Source: Raja brachyura
Taxonomy: Eukaryota
DNA length: 64,000 nucleotides
Assembly (NCBI GenBank): GCA_963514005.1
Contig: OY740794.1
Location: 13,764,001 to 13,828,000, forward strand
Direction of reading: 5' to 3'
Within the stretch, counting starts at the first letter, position 1. Each line of letters opens with the position of its first letter. Positions 53,142 through 64,000 of this stretch are shown piece by piece. The position numbers and the translations under genes were made by a program. The notes below the pieces were generated by a model. It was not told the DNA's origin. It did not search any database and saw nothing but the letters and a program-made list of their open reading frames with translations.

Positions 53142-53955
53142 TTATTCTTAAACTGTGACCCACGGCTCCGGGCTCCCACAACATCAGAAACATTTTTCCT
53201 GCATCTAGTCTGTCCAATGCCTTAAGAATTTTATGTACCTTGCATATGGCACAACTCTCCAATAGTTCAGTACAAGGCACATGGAAGTGCAGGGAATTGA
53301 GGGATAAGGATCAACTATGGGCAGATGAGGTCAGTTTAACTTGGCATCATGTTCAGCACAAACATAGTGGGCCGGGGGACCCGTCCCTGTGCTGTGCTGT
53401 TCTATCGATATCATTTGACTCGAGGCAAGTCGGCAATATAGAACAATGGTAGCAAAGGCATTAAAATGGGTGAGGCGGGCAGGAGTTAGGACCTAGGAAT
53501 CTACAAAGAAAAACACAGGCAGGTTTGAGGACTGGTCTTGATAATGGGATTTTATACACTAGAGATAAAAAGCTTACACTTCCTAATGAAGGTGATGCTG
53601 GAGGTTTCGACACTTAGTGATGAGCAACTTTGCATGAGCTTCATATCATTTAACTTATACAGATGTTGCTATTAGGATCGCTGGTATAAATAGAAACTTT
53701 AGAAACATAGAAACTTAGAAAAATAGGGGCGGGAGTCGGCTATTTGAGTCAGCATCACCATCCAATATGATCATGGCTGATCATCTGAAATCAGTATTTC
53801 GTTCCTGCTTTTTCCCCACATCCCTTGAATGCACGCCTGCTATTGCCCGCACGGACGGTATAAGAGAAAAGACTGGAGAGTAAGTTATATGTGCACGCAT
53901 TTGCAGAGGCAAGTATGTGCATGGAGATTAGAGGAATAGGCCATTGGAAATGGTG

Positions 53956-55067
53956 CAGTGTTTTCCCTTTGAAGGAAATTACCCGAAATTCAGGAAATTC
54001 TGGTTGTCTTCGGGTAATTTTAGGGAAATTGAATAATTTCGGGAAATTTCCACATCTGGCCCGCAAAGAAGTGTAAAGAGATAATACACACAGCACTGCC
54101 GGTTTGGTGATCAAAGGTTTAAACAGAGCACTGTCAGATTATCGCCAGGGAATTTAAACAAAGAGCTGTCGTCTGCAGCGCTATGGGCTTTAAACAGTGG
54201 GTCACAGACTGTTCTGGAAAATTCTCGTAAAACAATAAGTCTTTGGAATTCTCTTTCTCAATGGAAGTTGAGGCTTTGATTATTTTTCAGGCTGTCGTAG
54301 AATTCTGGATAAGCCTGGTGGTGAAAGGTTACCAGTGGGCGGTGGGATTACAGTTACATTGGGATTGGTCTTGATTTTACAGAACGGTGGATGGGGGAGA
54401 GAGGGAGGGGTGGGGTGAGGGAGTAGGAGAGAGGGAGGGGGAGAGAGAGGGAGGAGGGAGAGAGAGGGAGGAGGAGGGAGGCAGAGATGGAGAAGGAGAG
54501 AGAGGGAGCGAGGGAGAAGGAGGGAGAGGGAGGGAGGGAATAAGAGAGGGAGGGAGAGAAAAGGGGAAGGGGAGAGAGAGGGAGGAAGAGAGAGGGGGAG
54601 GGAGGGAGAAAAAGAGAGGGGGACGGAGAGGGAGGGAGAGAGGGAGGGAGAGAAGGGGGTATGGACGGAGTGGGAGAGAGAGGGAGGAGAGGAGGGAGAG
54701 AGAGAGGGAGAGATGAAGAGAGGGATGGAAAGGGGAGGGAGGGGGGAGAGAGGGAGGGGGGGCAGAGAGAGCAGAGACAGAGCATGAGACATGACACACG
54801 AGAGCAGGTTGAAAAAACAAAGACAATGAAAGCTGTTGGAGGCAATGAAAGCTGCCTTGCATGACACTGTACAAGTGCAGGCAGATACGGTGTAGTTACA
54901 TAGATCTATTTTGCCTTGTTTTTCTTTGTGTTGTTAACGTGTGCCCACAAAAAAAAAAACAAACAGCACGCAGGAAGCATTTTTGAAAATTACAGAAAAT
55001 ACCATCAAATTCCAGGTAATTTGGGTCTCTATTTCAGGAAATATTTTGTTGAGGTGTGGAAGCGCTG
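53956..55067. mobile_element. Non-autonomous hAT-like DNA transposon
   Basis: Perfect 8-bp TSD AAATGGTG (53948-53955 and 55068-55075). Imperfect TIRs CAGTGTTTTC and GGAAGCGCTG. Subterminal GAAATT/GGTAATTT repeats at both ends. No transposase ORF. Confidence 0.8.
54395..54782 (+). repeat. GA-rich polypurine low-complexity tract
   Basis: About 390 nt of nearly pure G/A (GGAG/GAGA units). It explains the spurious Pro/Ser/Leu and Glu/Arg/Gly ORFs here. Confidence 0.95.
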
Positions 55068-55319
55068 AAATGGTGGCCTCTTTAGAAATTCTAGAGTGAG
55101 AATTTCCAAGGAAAAAGTGTCAATGACTGTTTCACCTATTTATATTTGTCCTTTGGTGGGGGTTTTATGGCAACTGTGGGGTGTGGGGTAAGAAGCGATA
55201 ATTATAATGGGAGATAGTGTCCCTGCTGAATTTCAGAACCTTTATCTGAACTTGGTTCCATTGGTAGTCCCATCGAGATCAGACTGTGTGTGTGCAGTAC
55301 AATAATTAATTATCCATGT

Positions 55320-55447
55320 CTGAAGAAGGGTCTCGACCCGAAACGTCGCCTATCTCCTTCGCTCCTTGGATGCTGCTGCACCCGCTGAGTTTCTCCAGCT
55401 TTTTGTGTAACCCTCGATTCTCCAGCATCTGCAGTTCCTTCTTTAAC
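55320..55447 (+). mobile_element. Penelope-terminus mini-insertion with intact hammerhead motif (55320-55347)
   Basis: 21-bp duplication AATTAATTATCCATGTCTGAA (55304-55324, 55448-55468), whose end overlaps the element's own GTCTGAA. Confidence 0.85.
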
Positions 55448-55802
55448 AATTAATTATCCATGTCTGAATTGGCCACACAGGTGTAGCGAGACAACAAAGC
55501 TGGCATGTTACACATATATGATCAAAGATACAGAAATACTTTTTGAAGTCCTATATAAGGACTTCTTTATATTCCAATAAGAACGTCCTATATTGTGTGG
55601 ATGTCCTATAAAGTGTAGATATTAGTATACAACAAGAGTGAAATATGGATACACCAACATATAATACAAAATAAAATGAATGAAATAAGGTATATACAAA
55701 CAAAAGTAATAGAGTGCTGGAGTAGCCCAGCAGGTCAGACACCATCTCTTGAGAAAACAGATAGGTGACAATTCAGGTTGGGACCCTTCTTCAGACTATG
55801 CG

Positions 55803-56070
55803 TGGCAGAGTGGTGCTGCGGTAGAGTTGCTGCCTCACAGCACTAAAAACCCGGGTACTGTTTGTACGGAGGTTGCACGTTCTCCAGGTAACCGCATGGG
55901 CTTTCTCTGGGTGCTCCAATTTCCTCCCACACTTCAAAGACGTGCAGGTTTGTAGGTTAATTGGCTTCTGTTCATTGGCCCTAGTGTGTAGTGGCCCTCG
56001 TGGGTGACCGCTGGCTGGTGCGGTCTCGGTGGGCGTGCGATCAGCATGTGGTTTCCACGCTGTATCTCTG
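55803..56070 (+). mobile_element. V-SINE (HE1-like)
   Basis: Same tripartite structure as other copies. Confidence 0.82.
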
Positions 56071-57699
56071 TACATTATACTGATACACACAAAAAATTCA
56101 CACATCCAAAGTATGTGCGCCAACACTCAGACCTATTCACTCTGAGAATAATTTTAACTTTATCATTTTAACTTTATATACCTGGTCGGTAACCCTTTGG
56201 ATCATTTTATACTACATATCATATGATAACCTGTAATACAGCAAAAGGTCAGGTGGAATGCAAAACCAGTAATGCACCCAACTCTACTGATTTCTAGGTT
56301 AAAATTGACTCCAATGTTATTTTGCCCTCTTTACATGTTCTAACCCAAAAACACTGGGAACTGAAATATCTGGTTTGAAAGGGAAATGCTATTTAATATC
56401 TAAACCCAAAGGTCAAACTTAAAATGGGCAGTTGATAATACACTGAAAAGAGCAAGTGTTTGTACAGACTTAAAAGGTGCACATGCTATTATACTTCCAC
56501 TTTTCCTATATTGTTGAATTGTAAATGAATATTTACATATGTCTTAAGGATGTTCATCCCTTTAATAGTCGCACTTAGTGTAAGAATAATGCTCCTTCAC
56601 AGCAGGGTCTTCAGATTTCATTTTCAGTTTGCCTTATGTTGAATACAACTCAAATGAGGCACATTACCCCAAGCTAGGTTTTTCACCAGAAATCTAATCT
56701 CGATGCTTAACTGGGCCTTTGGCTTTATGCCTAGATTCCAATAATAGAAATCATGTGCAGCTCACTTACTCAGTATGATATAGCTGTGAATGATTATTGA
56801 GTGTATTACATGTTTAAATTGGCCTTTGCATAAATTTTGTTTATAAAGATGTATCCCGACAGAGTAGAAAAATTATCACGTGCACATCACGTGCTAATTA
56901 AACATCGGTGAATATTATTAACTGAAATTACAGAAGCAATTGGTTAAATCTGGTTTTACTGCCCTGTTAGCAATGGTGCACATTTTTAAGCAGCATTGGG
57001 TGTAGATAACCTGAACACGAGGACAGCGATCACAGACCTTCATGAGCTGTAAAACACGTATACTGTTTGCGATATGCTTGCATTGGAAATTTACCAGGTT
57101 TTCAGGATTACTCCCAGCCTTCTAAACTCAAGACTACTTCCATTGGTGAATCAATCGTCTACTCAGCCTCAAGGGCTCCAGGTTCAACCACCCAACTCGT
57201 TGCAAAAAACGCTGTTGCTGTTGGATTTATCTGTCAGCTGCTCTACCTGAACAACAGTGACACAAAACAGTGCAAAGAAACAGCTAGCTAGGGTTTCAAT
57301 GAATAGCCTAAAATGTGCTCCTCAATATAGCCGCCAGGGAGTTTAGCTTTTAGTTTACAGAAGCTATCCTAAGAAATCACATGCATAAATTCATCTGCAG
57401 GATAAATGACTCTAAAAATGTAATTATTGTGGCCTTGTCAAACATAAGGTTTTGCACTACACGCTACGAATCCCAGTTGTGGAGACACTGGTATCGTTGT
57501 CTCCTTGTCTCATTGTTCATTCTTTTTATTCTGGATTTTAATTCATGCATTGTGTTTTTTTTTAATATATAATTTATGATGCTTTTATGTGACATACTAA
57601 GATTTTATATGTACTTTATGATGTTTTTTAATATGCAATGCATTTTTATGCAATGTTATCCCTTGTCTGGACCTCGAGTCTGAAATAAAGTTTATCATT

Positions 57700-57968
57700 A
57701 TACAGCGCGGAAACAGGCCCCTTGTCCCACCGAATCAGTGCCATCGCTATCCCCACACATTAGCACTATCCTACACACACTAGGGACAATTTTTATATTA
57801 TGCTAATTATACCAAGCCAATTTGCCTACAACCCTACATCGTCAGAGTGTGGGAGGAAACTGGAGCACCCAGAGAAAACCCATGTGGTCACAGGGAGAAT
57901 GTACAATCTCTGTAGTTAGGATTGAGCCTGGGTCTCTGGCACTGTAAGGCAGTAACTCCACCACTGCC
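57700..57968 (-). mobile_element. V-SINE (HE1-like)
   Basis: Reverse complement of the family structure. Confidence 0.82.
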
Positions 57969-60900
57969 TTCCACCCTGGTGTTAATGGTGTTGTATTTGG
58001 TATTAATAAAATCCGAACATTTTGAGAACTGTGAAAAGGTTGTGCTCAGATTTTGCAATGAAATGTTTTGCTTGGATTCAGGAGTCCTTACAATGGGAGT
58101 GTATGGGATGTGGTTTGCTTCACTGGAATTTTATGCTTGGATACAATTATCCTTGGATCAGGTCTAGGTTTATCTTACGTCGGCTAGATCCTAAAAACAG
58201 GATAGCGCTGTTAGGCAATGTGAGGAGAAGTTCCCAACATTGTTCCTCTGAATAATCAGTGTTTAAAATGACCATATCATGGGATGGGGGGAAAGGGCTG
58301 TGGGATTATCACGCATTCATTATGATTTGATGAATTGCATATTGTTTGGTTGTGACATCTTTAATCGGAGTGCTTTTCCTAGGTGGAGAGACAATGGAAC
58401 AATTGTCATAAAACTGTCACCAAGCCAAACAATTGCTTCCCAAAGGAAGGAGACTGAAATGTGAAAGGTCTGATTCAGACCAGGTGGCAATGGAGACACC
58501 AAGACTAAAGGAGGCATTACGAAATCTATAGAAATTTTTCTTTCTTTTTTTAAAAAAATGACGGGTTATGCGAGTCTCCATTGAAGCCAGCGGTATGTCA
58601 CATTACAATAGCAAATTAATGCAAGTGGTCAGTGTGGTCACCGATAAGTGGGACATTTCAATGATTACAGTCTCCAGCCAGCAGAACAATGCAGCATCCA
58701 GTCTATAGAACTATTCAATGACCGCAAGTTCCGGGAAATGAAACAATTAGTGACAGGGAGGTTACCCCTTCCAGCCAGCATCTTAGAGTGGGATGTGGAA
58801 TGGGTCCCGATTATGCCACTGGCTCCAATACTCAATTAGGAGGACCCTGCGATGAGTAACCTTGCTGCCTGTTACTGGAACAACCCACCAGTCAGTCCTG
58901 ATCAGGAACATCACCCATCCATTGCCTCCACAGATGCTGCCTGACCCGCGGAGTTCTCCAGCACTTTGTTTTCCTCAAGCCATTAATCAGATTGGGAATG
59001 CTTTAGCTGAACCACCCTTCATCCCCCCTCCCCCCACCCCTCCAATCCATCTATGTGTTCTTCCGAGTTTGGAGGGGGCAGAGGTTCTAAAAAAAAGTTA
59101 ACCTATGGAGTTGGAGAAAGGATTAAATGACCATTTTATTCTGCCGAAGTTGTGAAATGGATAATATGGTATCAGCAAACTCTAATGCATTTCTCCTGGG
59201 ATACCTCTCCATTGACTTCATCCTTACCAACCAGGAACACGATATGCTGTCACAATCAGAATTAAATCAACATGGCAACCACAGTATTTCAGCAGGTGGC
59301 ACTGAGAGACATTTCAGTGCAATAAACGATACTAAAATTGACCATTAAACTTTGTCTGAAGAAGGGCCTCGACCCAAAACATCACCCATTCCTTCTCTCC
59401 AGAGTAGGAATCCTTCTATCCTTTTATCCATTTTATCCATGTCTATCCTTCTGTTAATTTATCGTGTTGCACAGGGAGCCAAATGCAACGTAATTTCGTT
59501 TGGAACTGCATATATCAATGTATTTCTAAATGACAATAAAGTTTGTTTGAGTTGACAGAGATGCTGCCTGTCTCGCTGCGTTACTCCGGCATTGTGTGTC
59601 CACTTTAATTAAACAAAAGCTGTGCTTATAGATGTGTAGGCAGCGAGATATCAATTAGTACAATCAGTGATCAACTGAATGTTGGATTCAAATCTTGTTT
59701 CCGTTCTCTCTCCGTAAATGCTGACTGACCGGCAGAGGATTTTTCCCCCCTATTTCACGTTTCCCATAGCTGTTACTCAGTTGCAAACAGTTCAGAAACA
59801 TAACAGAGAAAAGCCAAACAACAAAAACTTGATCTGAATTGAATTTAATTAAAAAGAATGCGATCGTGGAATGCAAACAGAACATATCAAGTGATTTACA
59901 TGGAAAAAAAAGACAGGATTTATCACTTTGTTTGCATTGAATGATGGTTGCTAGGCTTCCAGTCAGAACTAAAACTTTTCTTTGATTCTATTTTTCTTTA
60001 AAACTGGAGGTGTGAAAGGTAGGTAAGGAGACCAGTGTTTATTCTGGAGGACAAAAGGGTCCTATTCTGCCTTTGTCCCACATTCATAATAAAGCTTTCT
60101 CTGCTGTATCAGGGAGAGATTGCTCCTTTTCAAAAGCAAGACATAGGTGACTAAGATCAGATTGAAAGCTAACATCCAATCTGAGACTCACACAAAGTGC
60201 CATCGCTTGCTTTTATCACCTCACAGCTGCAGAGAAATAATACAGCTCCACATTACCCCAAGATAACTATCAAATAGTTCCAAGCCTTATCTGAAGACCT
60301 CCTACTTGCAGCTGTCTGTGTGTATAAGTGCATACAAGAGGCTTACTCCTGGCCTTATTCCAGCAGGACACTTGGTAACATAAATCTACTCGAGGCTCAA
60401 CCTTACCAAGCAAGAGTTCTCACTAGTTGCCGCACCCCGCTACTTTAATGCACGGCTGAGCGGTGTTGGATTTAGCAGGCAAGCTCATGTAATTATAATT
60501 AAAGGCTAACAATCACCACTGATCGAGTGTCTCTGTTTCACTCTTCATACTGAAAGACTGTCCTCGCACAAAGAAGTTGTTCAGTGGGTGACGAGTGGTG
60601 CTTATTCATTACTTTGCCATTTCTTTGCCCCAGATGGAAGAGGCAGAGAAACAGAAACTGCCAGGGGCACTTGAGTCAGTTCCTCAACAGCCAGGTACTT
60701 CAACAAACTCCCTCCAGTCAAAAATGACTGGTGTTCACTCTGTTATAGTCAACTATTAAATATTCCATTGCTAGCTTTCTTTCAGCATTCCTTCTGTATC
60801 TCTTGGCATCAGCCATTATAATTACTCTGCAACTCTTGCACATACTTCATTATTCTGCCTGAGTTCATGTTTCCCACAGTGTTTACAGCTGTGCTATCAC

Positions 60901-62094
60901 CTGTACATCTAAAATAAAGAGACACAATTCTTAGTCACTTTTCCTCACAGATTTACCATTCACTCACATCTGCGTTCTCCCACAGAAGAAATAAAACAAG
61001 GAAATAAGCTTTTAGTCCCAGTTGGCAGTTGATGAAGTGGAGGATGGGTATGAGGGAAACAGAGGGTTAACCATTAGAAAAATCAGTGCAATTTGCCCAC
61101 TCAGTCACATAAGCCCAGAATCAACAAGGGGCCATTCATATTTTAGCAACTCGCCCTTCAACCACCTATTTTGCGATTTGGAACAGCCCTGTGGACCTGT
61201 TGGGTAACGTGAATTAGATGAGATTTTCATCTGAACTGCTTTGACATTTTATATGATCATTGTACCGCAAAACTATTTTACAAATGAGCTGTCAAGATTC
61301 CTAATCCTCCCCACAAAGTTCACTGTTGGGGACACTTCATCTCAGCACTAGACCCTGAAATTAAAAAAAATGGGTTGCTGATCATAAAATGAGTGAACAC
61401 AGTAGTCTGGGTGTTTTCTTAACACTGTTGTACAAAAGTTGCAGTGGAGTTAAATTGACGATTATTTACCCTGGAATGCCCGTGTTAGTATTATTGATTA
61501 GCTTTCAATAACTAAAAATATTTGCTTCGATAAACATTTAAAACAAGTAATGACACCAAACAGAACCCTAACTAAATATAAAAGTAAAGTGTGCAAGAGG
61601 TCATGGATACAAATTCTACAACGTCTGTCACAAGGTATTTAACTGTCTGTCATTTTAAATAACCTTTCCCAAGAAGATATCGGCTCATTTTCTTCTCTGC
61701 TTTGGATTGTTCACTCTCCAAATATATTTGTCAAACTTTATAAAGGAATGAAAATATTGTTATAATAACAGCAACAAATACCTTCCTTTCAGCACCTTGC
61801 CCTGGGGTTGATTCTAAGCTCTGAGCCCATTCATAACATCATCATCAAACTGAGGCCAATCTGAGTTTGGGAATATCTAGCCAACCATCACAATTTTATA
61901 AACTGAGCATCATATCAGAAATTCACTTTAAAATTAACTAGTCAACAATTACTGTAAGGTGGACTTCACTGATGCAAATATCAATTGTAATGTTTTTGAA
62001 AGGAAGAATAAAAGGTTGTGAGTTCAAGTTGTTCAGTAAGACCAGCTTAATTTATTTACAGAATCATTGTTCTTCTTGCCACGTGTCCATCCAT

Positions 62095-62550
62095 CACACG
62101 GACCAGACTTCCCACCATTGACTCCATCTACCCTTCATGGTGTCTTGGAAGAAGAGCCAACATAATCAAAGACTTGTCCCATCCTGATCCCACTTCTTCT
62201 CTCTGCTGCCAGAAGGTACAGAAGCTTGAAAGTGTGTACCACCAGAATCAGGAACAGCTTCTTCCCTTCTGTCATCAGGCTTCTGAACAGTCCTTCCATT
62301 TGCTAGGGCACTGTCCAATTCACCTCTGCCCCAATGTGGACATTGGACTTTGTCTATGTAACTGATGCGCAACAATGCAGAGAACTATATACTGCACTCT
62401 ATACCTTCCACTTTGATCCATCTACTGTACGAGTTTGACTTGATTGCATTTACGTATGATATATCTGATCTGTTTGGACAGCACACAAAATAAAGCTTTT
62501 CACTGTACCTATACATATGACAATAATAATTCTGAAGCCAAAACCTAAAG
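62095..62550 (+). mobile_element. Rex1/Babar-like LINE 3' fragment
   Basis: NIIKDLSHP...RRYRSLK..TTRIRNSFFPSVIRLLN-like C-terminus and a GCTTTTCACTGTACC...TGACAATAA tail. Related tails at about 33555-33765(-), 41441-41590(-), 42845-42960(-) and 45350-45468(+). Confidence 0.7.
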
Positions 62551-62671
62551 CTAATGAGTTTTTAGGTACCCCTTCATCTCACAGACCATCCGGTCAAGCT
62601 AATGTATCTCCAGTCCTTTGCTGCTGTTGGGTCTAAGCCATGAATCTCCTGACAATCAGGTGGACAGTTAG

Positions 62672-62923
62672 TGTAGGAAGGAACTGCAGATGGTGGTTCA
62701 GACATCAAATGCTGTAGTAACTAGCGAGTCAGGCAGCTTCTCTAGAGTAAAGGAATAGATGATGTCTTCGGAGAAGAAGGGTCCGACCCGAAACGTCGCC
62801 TATTCCTTTTCTCCAGAGATGCTGCCTGACCCATGGAGTTACTACAGCATTTTGTATTTATCTTCGGTCTAAACCACCATCTGCAGTTCTTTCTGACACA
62901 CTCCAGCATGTTATGTCCATCTT
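62672..62923. mobile_element. Fold-back Penelope-terminus mini-insertion
   Basis: Arms of about 100 bp in inverted orientation. Flanked by AGGTGGACA(G/A)TTAG. Confidence 0.78.
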
Positions 62924-63448
62924 AGGTGGACAATTAGAACTGATACAGACAGGCTAGACTGAATGGTTTTCTTCTGTGTTTATGTTCAATGTAATTCTAT
63001 GAATATTGAACTCTACCGATTATCAACAAACTCAGCACTTGCTAACCATGTAATCATGTTTTTCTATGTAAAAACAGACTAACCATGAACTGAATTGTCA
63101 TTATTTCAAAACAAAGATTTAAATGTAAAAATTCTTAATCAAAACGTAATTGCTTTGTATATCTTGCATAAGCCTCAAAGGCTGCAATATGAATCTTACC
63201 TTATTGATTCTTCCAATGTTTGTTATTAATTACAGTGGATGGCCCGCTAATCAATAATGTACAAACCTGTGTACTTTAACAAAGAATTGAAATGGTCTTG
63301 CAACTGGTGATCAACATAATTAACAGGACTAGATTACCTTTATTTGCCTTCTCCTGTGCCCAATGTATACATTATTAATCATTAATAAGATAATGTTATT
63401 TATTAAGTTGAGCAATCTTTATATGGATTGCAACATTGATGAAAATTA

Positions 63449-63619
63449 AAGGGTGACATTTTGGCTCAAGACCTTTCTTCGGACTGAGTCTGAAGAAGCG
63501 TCTTGACCCGAAATATCACCCATTCCTTCTCTCCAGAGATGCTGCCTGTCCCATTGAGTTACTCCAGCATTTTGTGTCTATCCTCGGTTTAAACCAGCAT
63601 CTGCAGTTCCTTCCTACAC
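63449..63619. mobile_element. Fold-back Penelope-terminus mini-insertion
   Basis: Two divergent degenerate hammerhead motifs back to back around GACTGAGTC. TSD TGATGAAAATTA (63437-63448, 63620-63631). Confidence 0.82.
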
Positions 63620-63684
63620 TGATGAAAATTATACTGACTTGACTGAGTATTGGGAACAATGTCATACTGCCCAGTTAAGAATAA

Positions 63685-64000
63685 GAAGGCAGATTATTAT
63701 CTGAACAGGGTCAGATTAGGAAAAGGGGAGTTGAAACAAGACTTGGTTGTCCTTGTACATCGTCAATGAAAGTAAGCATGCAGGTACAGCAGGCAGTGAA
63801 GACAGCAAATGGCATGTTGGCCTTCCTAGCGAGAGGATTTGAGCAGCGGTGCAAGGAGGTCTTACTATAGTTGTACAGGACCCTGGTGAGACAACACCTG
63901 GAGTATTGTGTGCAGTTGTGGTCTCCTAATTTGTGGAAGAACATTCTTGCTATTTAGGGAGTGTAGCGTAGGTTCACCAGCTTAATACCCGGGATGGTGG
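63685..64000 (+). mobile_element. CR1 LINE ORF2 fragment, runs off the window
   Basis: DLG..VH.SMKVSMQVQQAVKTANGMLAF...LYRTLVRQHLEYCVQLWSP-like sequence. Confidence 0.85.

Noticed and set aside
54280-54874. Several 100-195 aa low-complexity ORFs
   Set aside because: Translations of the GA tract.
39871-64000. Preceding PR-domain exon (WLKYIR/NLVACQ-type)
   Set aside because: Not found by eye. It may lie beyond the window, or I may have missed it.

Overview
Vertebrate genomic DNA, most likely a cartilaginous fish (skate or ray, inferred from the HE1-like V-SINEs, CR1/HER1-like LINEs and Penelope-like repeats). The window is the middle of a MECOM (MDS1-EVI1/PRDM3) gene on the minus strand. Eight coding exons were resolved by hand, all with GT-AG boundaries and consistent phases: 39768-39870, 36635-36833, 34523-34670, 32671-32824, 16004-17351, 14748-14835, a 27-nt microexon at 5437-5463, and 1826-1992. 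They cover the end of the PR domain, zinc fingers 1-7, the PFDLT/PLDLS CtBP motifs and the start of zinc finger 8. The introns hold many SINEs and CR1 3' fragments, a young 5'-truncated Penelope-like element (RT plus GIY-YIG, 10-bp TSD), a decayed Gypsy LTR element with a tRNA-Trp PBS nested in a CR1, and a non-autonomous hAT-like element (8-bp TSD). The most interesting system is a family of at least 15 short (100-270 bp), often fold-back insertions derived from the Penelope terminus. They carry a minimal hammerhead-ribozyme motif (CTGAAGA-A-GGGT-CTCG-ACCC-GAAAC-GTC) and 10-21 bp target duplications, and two rearrangement junctions fall at the predicted cleavage site. Gene-level oddities are the absence of the mammalian EVI1 start ATG, three NAGNAG acceptors, a conserved Rp9 microexon and probable absence of the delta324 acceptor. 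Repeat boundaries are approximate unless a TSD is given. Comparisons with human proteins are from memory, not from a search.
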